64,000 nucleotides of DNA from Flavobacteriales bacterium. Its GTDB lineage: Bacteria > Bacteroidota > Bacteroidia > UBA10329. The notes under the pieces are model-generated. The model worked only from the letters and a program-made list of their open reading frames with translations. It was not told the origin of the DNA and made no database searches. Location of the stretch: NCBI GenBank assembly GCA_021739625.1, contig JAIPBJ010000004.1:1335-65334 (forward strand), read 5' to 3'. A program made the position numbers and the translations under genes. Shown in pieces: positions 29,082 to 39,120 of this stretch (the first letter of the stretch is position 1; each line of letters starts with the position of its first letter).

Positions 29082-29629
29082 TTCGCGTCAGTGGTGAGTT
29101 GCGCAAGCAACCCGTGGTTGTTGGTGTCCGCAGCAGCCATGGCCTCGCGGGCGTCACGGATGCGCTGTATGACCTCAGACTTCCGTTGTATGGAGGCCAG
29201 TGAAATGGTGGTCATGTAGGTGCGGTAGGCGTTCACAGCCTCTGCGTGGCGGCCTGTCATGGCCAGAGCATCGCCAAGCAGGAAGAACACAGAACCGGGT
29301 GCGCTCTCGTCTTCTGACCGCCCATGCCCGTGCCTCGGGTCGAATCGGGCACTGGCCAAAAGGAGCAGTTGTGCCGCGCGGTCGGCATCACGTCCCTGTT
29401 TCATCAGTGCAAGGCCCAGCAGGTAGTTTACATGAGCATTCTGCGGACGCGACCTGTGCAACTGTTCGAGCACCGGCTGTGCCAGGCAGTGGTCTCCGGC
29501 CATCACATCCTCAAACGCCTGAGCAAAAAGAAGATTGAAGCGGTGATCGCTCATCTGCGCATGGACAGCAGTGCTGACAAGCATGGTGATGGCAAGTACA
29601 ATTGTGCGGATGAAGTTGTTGGTTCTCAT
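29078..29629 (-). CDS. Secreted TPR-repeat protein
   Basis: Signal peptide plus TPR-like helices. Confidence 0.55.
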   Translation of the reverse strand: MRTNNFIRTIVLAITMLVSTAVHAQMSDHRFNLLFAQAFEDVMAGDHCLAQPVLEQLHRSRPQNAHVNYLLGLALMKQGRDADRAAQLLLLASARFDPRHGHGRSEDESAPGSVFFLLGDALAMTGRHAEAVNAYRTYMTTISLASIQRKSEVIQRIRDAREAMAAADTNNHGLLAQLTTDAK

Positions 29630-29692
29630 GATTTCTTAGGTTTTGGAAGTTGTTGATGAAGGGTCTGTGAAGGAAGTCGGTGATGAATGGGT

Positions 29693-30346
29693 TCAGTATC
29701 GGGTAGTGGCCGTTTCAATGCCGAGATCATTGTGGCGCAAGCGGGCATTGGCCATATTCTGGCGCACCATGTTCATGATGCGTGGCGACACCTTCTTGGC
29801 TTCATCACCTGTCAACTGTACGATGTAGTGCTCGTAGGCCACGGCCGCCCTGTCGTCATCTCCCGCCTGTTCCCAAGCTGTGGCGAGCAGATAGTAGGTC
29901 TGCACAGGGGCATTGCGTTCCTCCAGATCCCAGTTCTCATAGCCATGGGAGGTCGAACTGGAGGCACGGTCCAGATAGAAGGCCGCCTGATGGAAGTTGC
30001 GTGTGCCATAGAGGTGGCAGATGCCCAACAGGTAGGACGCGTTGGCGTTGTCGGGGTCCTTGGCCAGCAGCTCCATGAGCTTGGGCACGGCCTCATGATA
30101 GCGGAGCTGCTCAATGTCGAGCATCGACTGGCGCAGCAGGATGCGCATTTTCACATCGTCAGATCCTGTGGCAGATGCTACGGCCAGTCCAACGGTCAGC
30201 ATCATGAAGATGATGAGCAGGATGTTCATGCCCCGATTGCTGATGCCATCGTCCGTGCCGATGCGCGGTCTGCTGTTCTGAGACGAGGGAGCATCCTTAA
30301 AGAAGAGGACACTGGGCGATTGGGGGGTGAGGGTGATGGTTTTCAT
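29693..30346 (-). CDS. Membrane-anchored TPR-repeat protein
   Basis: Internal TM helix (ILLIIFMMLTVGLAVASA) followed by TPR-like repeats. Confidence 0.55.
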   Translation of the reverse strand: MKTITLTPQSPSVLFFKDAPSSQNSRPRIGTDDGISNRGMNILLIIFMMLTVGLAVASATGSDDVKMRILLRQSMLDIEQLRYHEAVPKLMELLAKDPDNANASYLLGICHLYGTRNFHQAAFYLDRASSSTSHGYENWDLEERNAPVQTYYLLATAWEQAGDDDRAAVAYEHYIVQLTGDEAKKVSPRIMNMVRQNMANARLRHNDLGIETATTRY

Positions 30347-30646
30347 TATTTCCAGGTATTAAAGGGTTAAGGGTTGGTTTGCATTCGGATTGTGAATCGC
30401 TGCACCGGTACCTGTGCTTTGATTTCTGCGACAAAGGTGTCGGGGTGCCCTTTCTCAATCCTAACCAACTTTTTGCCCGAGTTAGTACTCCTGACGGCCT
30501 TTTTTGACCTTGGTCATTTTTTTTCAGTCTCTATAATATATTGATGAACAAGTGATTGGATACCATAAAATCAGGTCTCATAGCCCAATTGAGTTAGTAC
30601 TTCTGAGGCCCTTTTTTTACCCTATATTAGCCGATATTTCCCCCTT

Positions 30647-32146
30647 ATGAAGGCCCCGGACGACCTTTTTGACCTTGTGAAAGCCCTTAGCCCGGCCGAG
30701 AAGCGCTATTTCAAAGTGATCTCTGCCAAGGTCAATGGCAAGGAGGGCAACTTCATGCAGCTCTTCGATGCGCTCGACAGTCTGGAGGAGCATGATGATG
30801 AGAAGCTGAAGAAGAAACTCAAAGGCGCGACCTTTCTCAGATACATCTCAGCCGAGAAAGGCAATCTCTATGCTGCCATCATGCGGGCCATGCGCAACTT
30901 CTATTCAGAGAAGAGCGTGGACACCCGCATTTTCGAGCTGATGCAGGAGGAGGTCTTCCTGCGCGGCAAGGGCCTCAACGAACTGCGCGAGCTTACGCTT
31001 GCCAAGGCCGAAGCCTTGGCCCGCAAGTATGAGAAATACACCTACCTGCTGGAGATCCTTCTTGCCCAGAAGGATCTGATCACTGAATTTGAGGAGAAAC
31101 GCCTCACCGAAAGGGTGAGGGAGAAACTGGAGGAGATAGAGGATGTGGTGGCCCTGCAGCAGACATTTGCCAAACTCACGCTCGCAAGCGATGAGATATT
31201 CATTTTTGCCCGTTCCGGAACAGACTTGAAGAATGAGAGCAACCGACAGCACTTGGAAACATTGGCAGATGACATCAGAATCCTGGCCAACCGCCTGAGG
31301 GGTTCGTTCCGGCTGACGTTAAAATACCATGCTGCCCTCTCGCACTATTATGGTTCCATGGGCGACCGCGAACAGTGCTATTACGAGTCGGCAAAGGCAC
31401 TCGAAGTCTGCGAATCAAGCCCCGACATGATAAAGGAGGACGGGCAGAAGTACAAAGTGGCACTGGCCAACTATCTGACCCGTGCACACGCTCGTCAGGA
31501 CTACAGCCGTTTTGAGGAGAAGCTGGCCATTCTGAAGGCACTGCCGGCAGACGACTTCTATGCAGAGGGCGAGGTGTTTCAGAACGTCTATTTCGTGGAA
31601 CATCTCTATTACATCAACGCGGGGCGCTTCGAAGAGGCCGAGGCATTGGTTTCCATCATAGAAGAAGGACTGGTGACCTACGCCCGCAAGATCAACCGCT
31701 CACGGGTGCTCAGTTTCACCTACAACATCATGGTGATGTATTTCCTGATGCACAAGTTCAAGGAAGCACGCATCTGGAGCGAGCGAATATTGGATGAGAA
31801 GAGCGACATCCGGCAGGACATGCAGACCGCCAATCGCATTCTCTATCCCATCATCTGTTACGAACTGGGCAAGTTCGACATCCTCGACAACATCACCCGT
31901 GCTGCCTATCGCTACCTATTGGCGCAGCAGCGGCTGCACGAATTTGAAAGATTGGTGATCCGCTATCTGCAAACGATGCCTTTCACGGCCAATGAAAAGG
32001 AATTTGAGGAGAAGTTGGAGGCGTTTGCCACAGAGATGGAGGGATTCAAGAAGTCGGAGAACTTCAAAAGAAGTGGAGGAATGGAGGAGGTGGAACTTTG
32101 GATAAATTCGAAACGGGGGGGGAGACCGATGCGAGAACTGTTGTAA
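30647..32146 (+). CDS. All-helical (TPR-like) protein of unknown function, paralog 1 of a two-member family in this window
   Basis: 499 aa. N-terminus LFDLVKALSPAEKRYFK and C-terminus ELWINSKRGGRP both align with 39102..40580. Confidence 0.5.
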   Translation: MKAPDDLFDLVKALSPAEKRYFKVISAKVNGKEGNFMQLFDALDSLEEHDDEKLKKKLKGATFLRYISAEKGNLYAAIMRAMRNFYSEKSVDTRIFELMQEEVFLRGKGLNELRELTLAKAEALARKYEKYTYLLEILLAQKDLITEFEEKRLTERVREKLEEIEDVVALQQTFAKLTLASDEIFIFARSGTDLKNESNRQHLETLADDIRILANRLRGSFRLTLKYHAALSHYYGSMGDREQCYYESAKALEVCESSPDMIKEDGQKYKVALANYLTRAHARQDYSRFEEKLAILKALPADDFYAEGEVFQNVYFVEHLYYINAGRFEEAEALVSIIEEGLVTYARKINRSRVLSFTYNIMVMYFLMHKFKEARIWSERILDEKSDIRQDMQTANRILYPIICYELGKFDILDNITRAAYRYLLAQQRLHEFERLVIRYLQTMPFTANEKEFEEKLEAFATEMEGFKKSENFKRSGGMEEVELWINSKRGGRPMRELL

Positions 32147-32147
32147 G

Positions 32148-33812
32148 TCAACTGCGTGCCAGTACTTTGACATGACATCGCAGACTGCCCAAGGTGTCCC
32201 CGATGAGTTCACTTCCTTTGATTGGTTTAACAGTCACCCCGGCCTTTTCCACGCCTTTGCGGGCCGAACAACTTGCCTCGCAAACTTCGGTAGGTGTTGC
32301 GTCATCTGAGTAATCAGGCATGAGATATTCGATTTCATCGCCTTTCCTATTGACTATTCCGTTGGCAAAGCTCCAGTATTGCTCTATGTGGCATTCTCCT
32401 GGCACTATCTCCCGAAATCGAATGGGAAGACTGCAGGGTATATCAGAGTGGGTGATGTCGATACAGTTCAGTTGGGCTACGAGGCTGTCGTGGGTCTCTT
32501 TGAATCTGTCCATCAAGGTCTTGAAACATTCTGGCAATTGGTTCTTGTCGGTCACCAATACGTAATCCTCAACCGGTGAGGCGAAAATGTAGCGCAGATG
32601 TTTGGATCCGTCAGGCAACCTTGTCATTCCCAAAGGGCAGAAAAAAAGGTCTATGTGATACGCTGGTTGATATGAGGGATTCTCACCCCACATATCACTT
32701 CCAGCATCATGAGTGCCGATCCAGACCACGTGCTTGCCATGTTCAGTTCCGAAAACCTGCCTGAGAACATTTATTGCAGCTTCCTGAGCTGAATTACAAT
32801 TCGTGTAATTCACAAGCTCGTTCCTGCCTATGAAGAGAATGTTGTCCGACACATGCATGTTCCCGCCCTGCGTTGGCAACGGGTCGTCCAATGGTCTCCA
32901 GCTCCATGCTCCGTCTTCGGGGATCATACTTCTGCAATACTCCCTGAAATCATCTTTGCGTCTGCGGCCAAGTGCATTTCTCATCAAGGCCAATGAGTGT
33001 GTTCCGACTGCCCTTCTCACCACAAATTGATCCTGAGGCCATGCTTTAAGTTTCGCATTCATGGTGGGATCGGGCGGGTTATGGTTTCCATTGGAATCGC
33101 GAACCAGGATTCTGCGCAGGTCATGAATGGTTTGATCTGCCATTGAGAACCGAATATCCCAGTTCAAGGACGTGGAATTAGAGTAGTCACTGAACCTGTT
33201 CAAGAGGTCTGCTAACTTCTGGCGTTCCAGTCCATCGACCCTATGGCCATTTCCCGATGTCATCCGGATTGTTCCAAATACCGAACTGCCTGTCCAACTG
33301 TCCTTATCATTTTCCTGCAGCCGATAGGTCAACTTCGGAAAAATAGAAAGCAGTGTCCTACAGTATGACAAGCGGTCGGGAATTCTGAGCATCTGGAGAG
33401 CCACACTGACTTTTGTGTTCTCGTCAACTTGCAATTCTATATTGGAAAATCGCTCAGAGAATGGGAGGCTTGAATTGAGCCAACCCAGCAGATCTTCAGC
33501 ACTGTTGAAACCGACACGGCTGTGGACTCCATTTAGAAATTCAGGGACATCAAACAATTTTCTACTGCCCGAGCCGTCCAGAACGCCACCAATTGCAATA
33601 TCAGCATGAAAGTCGCTTTCTGGAATTACATAGAGTTTTGCCCATGGCAACGTGCGTGCAATGCTCGCAACAATCGATTTGCTAAGGTCATTTCTCTCAT
33701 ATCGTATGAGCACCGATTGAATTTCCCCTTCAGTGTCGGAAAGGACAGATGGGAAGGAGGTCATGACCTCATTCCCATCTGCTGTTGTTGTCGCCTGTGA
33801 TTGCAAACTCAA
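32148..33812 (-). CDS. Cytoplasmic 554-aa protein. The C-terminal half shows guanidino-group-modifying enzyme (amidinotransferase/DDAH/arginine deiminase superfamily) motifs. The N-terminal 280 aa are unknown.
   Basis: QGGNMHVSDNILFIGRNELVNYTN (compare GGDV...L.VG.SERTN), AYHIDLFF (compare HLDT.F), and a candidate Cys in PGECHIE about 90 residues after the His. No signal peptide. G+C is about 50%. Confidence 0.35.
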   Translation of the reverse strand: MSLQSQATTTADGNEVMTSFPSVLSDTEGEIQSVLIRYERNDLSKSIVASIARTLPWAKLYVIPESDFHADIAIGGVLDGSGSRKLFDVPEFLNGVHSRVGFNSAEDLLGWLNSSLPFSERFSNIELQVDENTKVSVALQMLRIPDRLSYCRTLLSIFPKLTYRLQENDKDSWTGSSVFGTIRMTSGNGHRVDGLERQKLADLLNRFSDYSNSTSLNWDIRFSMADQTIHDLRRILVRDSNGNHNPPDPTMNAKLKAWPQDQFVVRRAVGTHSLALMRNALGRRRKDDFREYCRSMIPEDGAWSWRPLDDPLPTQGGNMHVSDNILFIGRNELVNYTNCNSAQEAAINVLRQVFGTEHGKHVVWIGTHDAGSDMWGENPSYQPAYHIDLFFCPLGMTRLPDGSKHLRYIFASPVEDYVLVTDKNQLPECFKTLMDRFKETHDSLVAQLNCIDITHSDIPCSLPIRFREIVPGECHIEQYWSFANGIVNRKGDEIEYLMPDYSDDATPTEVCEASCSARKGVEKAGVTVKPIKGSELIGDTLGSLRCHVKVLARS

Positions 33813-33835
33813 AACTTATGGCCCCGTGTAGTGCT

Positions 33836-34540
33836 TCACTCACATGATTTTGAGAATGTTCTGCCCCAAAGTTTCACGCCAGTGGTGGACTCATCTTTCT
33901 CATTACAGTATTCCTTGTCAATATATTCGTGATGTGTGCAGTCTGAATAGTAGGATACCCTGAGGGTGGTAGAGCTCCCTTGGCTTACCCGAATATGACT
34001 GGTTCCCAATGGCAGAGCATAGACGTTAATGTCACCACGATACCCTTGCACTCCCGCACGGGGATCCTCCATTCCTACGATGGCTGCCACACCTGATGCC
34101 AATGGACAGGAAGTAGTGATCTTCATGTCAGCGTAGCTTGAGTGAGCGATGTAGTGCAATGTGGAGTTGTGCTGATGCCCAGCGCCATATACCTGTGTAA
34201 CCACATTCCCATCAACAATACGTATTCGGGCTGTGGTGTTCGACAGGTCAATTTCCTGGATTACCTCTGGTTCAACCCCAGGACCATTGCTCTTCACATG
34301 CTGCAATATGGCAACGTTGTTCTGTCTGAAGATGGTGATATTGTGATCCCCCGCAGTCTGCCCGTCACCAAGTGGTGAAGCCAGAAAATCAGCTGCCCAT
34401 TCCATGGTGTCGTCATCTGAGCAAGTCACATTTGGGCAGCACGTTGATGGGGTGCTGATGATGTTAGGTTCAGGCTGACTACAGGACCAGATTGAAAGGA
34501 GTAGGACTGAAGCGAAAAGCAGTTGAGAAAACTGTCTCAT
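33836..34540 (-). CDS. Cys-rich lipoprotein of unknown function
   Basis: MRQFSQLLFASVLLLSIWSCSQ lipobox; 234 aa; co-directional with 32148..33812 and 24 bp upstream of it. Confidence 0.5.
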   Translation of the reverse strand: MRQFSQLLFASVLLLSIWSCSQPEPNIISTPSTCCPNVTCSDDDTMEWAADFLASPLGDGQTAGDHNITIFRQNNVAILQHVKSNGPGVEPEVIQEIDLSNTTARIRIVDGNVVTQVYGAGHQHNSTLHYIAHSSYADMKITTSCPLASGVAAIVGMEDPRAGVQGYRGDINVYALPLGTSHIRVSQGSSTTLRVSYYSDCTHHEYIDKEYCNEKDESTTGVKLWGRTFSKSCE

Positions 34541-34686
34541 GATGGGTTTGTTTTAAGGTTAGTGTCGCAATTACTGCCTACAATACTACACCATTCATTT
34601 GTAATCTCCAAACATTTTTGCAGGTTTCACAGAAAAATGACCTAAAAAGGCTATCGGTTATTTGTCGCGAAAAAGCAATTTTCAGC

Positions 34687-35274
34687 TTACTGCCTGCGTT
34701 CCATCATCCTTGCAACATACTTGCCGATGATGTCGAATTCGAGATTCACCCGGTCGCCAACGCGCAAGGCATGGAAGGAGGTGTGCTCGAAAGTGTAGGG
34801 GATGATGGCCACGGTGAAGCCAGTGTCGCTGGCGTTGAAGGCGGTGAGGCTGGTGCCGTTGACAGTTATGGAACCTTTCTCAACCGTGAAATTCAGGCCT
34901 TTGGCATGGCTGAAGGCAAAGAGCCAACTGCCGTCCTGCGCGGTGATGGCCTCCACAGTGCCGGGCCCGTCCACGTGCCCTTGCACAATGTGGCCGTCAA
35001 ACCGGCCGTTGGCGGGCATGCAGCGTTCGAGATTCACCTTGTCGCCTGTTCGCAGTGAGCCGAGGTTGGTCATCTGCAAGGTCTCGTCAATGGCGGTGAC
35101 GGTGTGCTGCCCGCCATCCACGCGCACCACCGTGAGGCAGACCCCGTTGTGGGCCACGCTCTGGTCTATCTTCAATTCCTGACCGATGGGGCTTGAGACT
35201 GTGATGTGAAGGTTGGTGCCCTCGCGCTCCAAACGTTCCACGCGGCCAAGGGTCTCAATTATTCCGGTGAACAT
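34687..35274 (-). CDS. ribE: Riboflavin synthase alpha subunit
   Basis: MFTGIIE start and a duplicated lumazine-binding half (HNGVCLTV / VNGTSLT). Confidence 0.9.
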   Translation of the reverse strand: MFTGIIETLGRVERLEREGTNLHITVSSPIGQELKIDQSVAHNGVCLTVVRVDGGQHTVTAIDETLQMTNLGSLRTGDKVNLERCMPANGRFDGHIVQGHVDGPGTVEAITAQDGSWLFAFSHAKGLNFTVEKGSITVNGTSLTAFNASDTGFTVAIIPYTFEHTSFHALRVGDRVNLEFDIIGKYVARMMERRQ

Positions 35275-35283
35275 GGGCTCAGG

Positions 35284-37917
35284 TCAATTGCTCGGTGCCA
35301 CCACTCTACGGATGAGGTGCAGGAAACCGTGAAGGTGTCGCGGCACCACGCCTTGCAGCCTTATCTCGTTGACGGTGGCCACATAATAATAGACCCCATC
35401 GGGCACCTCTGCGCCTGTGACGCTGTAGGTGCCATCCCAGTTCACGGCCGGGTCGGTGGTTTCGAAGAGCTTGATGCCCCAACGGTTGTAGATCTTCACG
35501 TCCACACTCTCCACGTATTTGAAAGTGCCCGGACCAAAGAGGTCGTTGAAGAGGTCGCCACCGGGGGTGAACACGTTGGGCAGCGTGTAGTCGGTGCAAT
35601 TGTCGATGCAGAATGTGTCTGCCGTGCTCATGTTCATGAATGAGTCCACTGCTACAATTGCATAGCAGCCAGCAATGGATTCGAGGTTGGTGTGGAGAAA
35701 GCTCTGCTCCTGTGGGTCGGTGATGGTTCTGATGAGCTGGAGTTGGCCGCCAAAAACGGCCGTGTAATAGATCCGGAACTCAATGATGTCGTTGGGACAG
35801 CCCGGTTCTTCGGTCCAAGAGAGCAGATTCTGGTCCAACTCGCAATCGCGGACGATCTGCACCGTCTGGTCGCATGGCGGGAAAGTGTCAACGGGAGTTG
35901 CACACGCGATCTGCGACCAGTTCAACAGCGGATCGACCAGCCCATCGGCAGAATAGTGCCCGATGCTGCGGATGCGGAAGCACAGCTCGACCCCGTTGGC
36001 CACCGGCCCGTGACGATATTCCCGCTCATAGACCGTGTCGAGCAGCGTGAGGTTCTCATCGGCATCGGCCAGATAGACCTCATACATGTCGTTGACCCAA
36101 GGCACATTCTCAGCCCACGTGAGGATGACCTCATTGTCCACACCGATGGCGACCAGATAGACTGACGAGGCCACATCGCTCTCGCCCACCACAAAGGTGT
36201 TGCCCGGCTCACCGTTGAAGAGTTCGATCTTGTAGTAGAACTCCAACGCTCGGGTGTCGATGAGCGTATCCATATATATGGTGTCGTTCAGCCCGAATTT
36301 GGTCTCGATGAGTTGAAAGTCGTTCGGGGCGGTCACATCCGAGCGATAGACGCGGTATTCGTACGGGCCTTGGATGAGCAGTGTGTCCAGCTCTGTTGGG
36401 CGGCTCCATACCACATCCATCGAACCGTTCGCATTGTCGGTCTCGCGCACGCTCACATGGGTGATGATGGGCAGGTCGCGGTTCAGCACTGCGCAGAATT
36501 CCTCACTGGCATAGCTTTCGGCCCCATCGGCAAAACAGGCCACGACCATATAGCAGTACTGGATTCCTGAATTGAGTCCGCTGTCGGTGTAGGTGGTGCC
36601 GTTGAGGCCCGAAGTGGACCCGATGTAGCCATAGCCGGTATATGCCGGAACCCCTGTCTCGCAGGTGTCGGGCATGAATCCGTACTCCTCAATGCGTCTA
36701 TAGACCTTGTAGCCCACAGCCTCGGTGCAGATGCTGGCATCCCAATTCAGAACAATGGAGTTGCCTTCCGGCTCCGCCAACGGATTCTTCGGTGAAGGTG
36801 CCACCACGGTGATGAAAGTGGTGTGATAATCGGTCAGGGCGACTTCGTTAGCGGGAGGATTGTCAATGGCCCGGAAAAGCATGGTGTGCGGTTGGAGCTG
36901 CACGTTGCCACACTGCGGGACCCACTGGAAAATGCTCACTGCGGTGTCGTGGTTGGTCGCCACCGTTGGCTGTGGGAAAGAGGCGTTGGAAATGCCATTG
37001 ACCAGAGGCCCGCCTGTGGCCGTGAGCCGCACCCCATGACCGTCCGGGTCCCATGCATAAACAGGGAAGATCAATGTGTCGCCAACCTCTACGCAGATTT
37101 CATCTACCGATGTGACAATGGGCGGTTCATTCTGGCACGTAAGCACGGTCACTTGAAGGTCGCGGATCACATGGCCCATCAGCGCATACTGATCCGACCC
37201 TTCGGGCCTGCGCCATTCATTGATGCGGATGGCATAGTTGAATTCGCCCTGCTGGGTAGGGAATTCCCATACCAGATCCCCTGTCACAGCATTGATGGTC
37301 ACACCGTTGGGCAGCGAATAGCCGATGATGGCCTCACCCATTTCGCCCATACAGGTCACCAGCTCATAGCTCAGGCTGTCCCCGTCAGGGTCGAATGCAC
37401 CAGGATTATGGATGTATCTACGGTTCACACAGGCATTGTCTATGGGCGGGTTCAAAAGCACAGGTGTACTATTCGACCCGAAAAAGGGACTGATGGTAAG
37501 CGTGGTCTCAATGTAGAATACCACATTCACCGAGTTGGGGATGTTCAGGATGCCCCCATTCCTGTTCGGGTCCTCCATCGAAAGAACGTAGGTGCTGGCA
37601 CTGGGATAGGTGTGCGTGGCCGTATAGATGTTCTTCTTCACCCCGGGCGCGATCTCCTCACCATTGCCGCCCCCGTTGGAGCGATACACAGTGTCGATCG
37701 TGCCGTCTCCCCATGAGAGCGGCAGCCACGGACGGTCGGCCGGGCTGTCGGGAACGGTATAGGTGGTGATGGTGGCCCGGAAGGTGAGCCCGCCCAGATG
37801 CTCATAGGTGATCTCGCCTGCGCGGTTGTGCGTTGCATGGGCAAAGGAGGCACAGAACAGAAGGATGGACAGAAGGATCAGTCTCATTGGAGCGAGGGCC
37901 TCGAACGTCAACAACAA
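35284..37917 (-). CDS. Large secreted multi-domain (Ig/PKD-like) protein with T9SS type B sorting domain (gliding-motility-associated CTD)
   Basis: 877 aa with a signal peptide. C-terminus ...NVFTPGGDLFNDLF...YNRWGIKLFET...NWDGTY. Confidence 0.8.
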   Translation of the reverse strand: MLLTFEALAPMRLILLSILLFCASFAHATHNRAGEITYEHLGGLTFRATITTYTVPDSPADRPWLPLSWGDGTIDTVYRSNGGGNGEEIAPGVKKNIYTATHTYPSASTYVLSMEDPNRNGGILNIPNSVNVVFYIETTLTISPFFGSNSTPVLLNPPIDNACVNRRYIHNPGAFDPDGDSLSYELVTCMGEMGEAIIGYSLPNGVTINAVTGDLVWEFPTQQGEFNYAIRINEWRRPEGSDQYALMGHVIRDLQVTVLTCQNEPPIVTSVDEICVEVGDTLIFPVYAWDPDGHGVRLTATGGPLVNGISNASFPQPTVATNHDTAVSIFQWVPQCGNVQLQPHTMLFRAIDNPPANEVALTDYHTTFITVVAPSPKNPLAEPEGNSIVLNWDASICTEAVGYKVYRRIEEYGFMPDTCETGVPAYTGYGYIGSTSGLNGTTYTDSGLNSGIQYCYMVVACFADGAESYASEEFCAVLNRDLPIITHVSVRETDNANGSMDVVWSRPTELDTLLIQGPYEYRVYRSDVTAPNDFQLIETKFGLNDTIYMDTLIDTRALEFYYKIELFNGEPGNTFVVGESDVASSVYLVAIGVDNEVILTWAENVPWVNDMYEVYLADADENLTLLDTVYEREYRHGPVANGVELCFRIRSIGHYSADGLVDPLLNWSQIACATPVDTFPPCDQTVQIVRDCELDQNLLSWTEEPGCPNDIIEFRIYYTAVFGGQLQLIRTITDPQEQSFLHTNLESIAGCYAIVAVDSFMNMSTADTFCIDNCTDYTLPNVFTPGGDLFNDLFGPGTFKYVESVDVKIYNRWGIKLFETTDPAVNWDGTYSVTGAEVPDGVYYYVATVNEIRLQGVVPRHLHGFLHLIRRVVAPSN

Positions 37918-38091
37918 TCAAGCCATGGGGTTCACATTCCCAAAGCAACGGGAGTGCAAATTACGGAGGAAGTTCGCAATAAGCGATTGTCGGTTGCCGA
38001 AGGAGAGAACCGCACGGCCATGCCGGCAGAGATCGTTCGCGCAGGCCCGGCCTTGCGTTTCTTTGCCAGACCCAAAATCAGCATCCACATC

Positions 38092-39120
38092 ATGGTCGTT
38101 GACCTCCGTTCCGACACCTTCACGCTGCCAACACCCGGAATGCTTGCGGCCATGGCCTCGGCCAAGGTGGGCGATGACGTTTTCAGTGAAGACCCCACAA
38201 TGAATGCCCTTCAGGAGTATGCTGCCGACCTTTTCGGCATGGAGGCCGCGCTGTTCTTTCCCAGCGGAACCATGGCCAACCAGACCGCCATTCGCACGCA
38301 CACCCGTCCGGGCGAAGAACTGATCTGCGATGCAGGTGCGCACGTCCATTACTATGAAGGAGGTGGCATTGCCGCCAATTCAGGGGTTTCCGTCAATCTC
38401 ATTCAGGGAGAAAGAGGTGTTTTCACAGCTGTCGATGTAGAGGCACGTGTCCGTCCTGACAATGTTCATTTTCCTGTTTCACGGATTGTCTGCATTGAGA
38501 ACACTTGCAACAGGGGAGGGGGCAGGGTCTTTCCTGTGGAGAACGTAAAGGAGATTTACCAGACCTGCAAGAAACACGGGCTGAAGCTGCACCTCGATGG
38601 GGCGCGGCTGTTCAACGCCATGCTGGCCGAAGGGACAACACCACGCCAGCAAGGTGAACTCTATGACAGCATCAGCCTCTGTCTGAGCAAAGGACTTGGA
38701 GCTCCGGTCGGGTCTCTTTTGTTGGGCGATGATGCATTCATTCACCAGGCCCGCAGAGTGCGCAAGATGATGGGCGGTGGCATGCGACAAGCAGGGTTCT
38801 TGGCGGCTGCTGGACTTTATGCATTGCAGAACCAGGTGGCACGCCTGGAGCAGGATCACCTGCATGCCAAGCTGTTGGCCGACACGCTGTCTTCTCTTCC
38901 TTATATAAAAGATGTGCTGCCGCAACAGACCAACATCGTCTCTTTTCGACTCAGTGAGTCCGTAGAAACAGACCATTTCCTTGGTCATCTCTCCAAAAAT
39001 GGGGTGCTTGCCATGTCCTTGGGCCCACACATGGTCAGGTTCGTCACGCATCTGGGCATGGACCACACTGGTGTGGAATACGCCATTCGTACGCTCCGTG
39101 GCTATTCCCCGCTCTCTTGA
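38092..39120 (+). CDS. ltaE: Low-specificity L-threonine aldolase (PLP-dependent)
   Basis: Start at MVVDLRSDTFT inside a longer spurious ORF. Conserved GTMANQ, and K in LSKGLGAPVGS. Confidence 0.85.
   Translation: MVVDLRSDTFTLPTPGMLAAMASAKVGDDVFSEDPTMNALQEYAADLFGMEAALFFPSGTMANQTAIRTHTRPGEELICDAGAHVHYYEGGGIAANSGVSVNLIQGERGVFTAVDVEARVRPDNVHFPVSRIVCIENTCNRGGGRVFPVENVKEIYQTCKKHGLKLHLDGARLFNAMLAEGTTPRQQGELYDSISLCLSKGLGAPVGSLLLGDDAFIHQARRVRKMMGGGMRQAGFLAAAGLYALQNQVARLEQDHLHAKLLADTLSSLPYIKDVLPQQTNIVSFRLSESVETDHFLGHLSKNGVLAMSLGPHMVRFVTHLGMDHTGVEYAIRTLRGYSPLS

Noticed and set aside
37798-38091. N-terminal extension of the ltaE ORF
   Set aside because: It overlaps the 3' end of the T9SS type B protein gene on the other strand. 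The conserved aldolase N-terminus starts at MVVDLRSD (38092).
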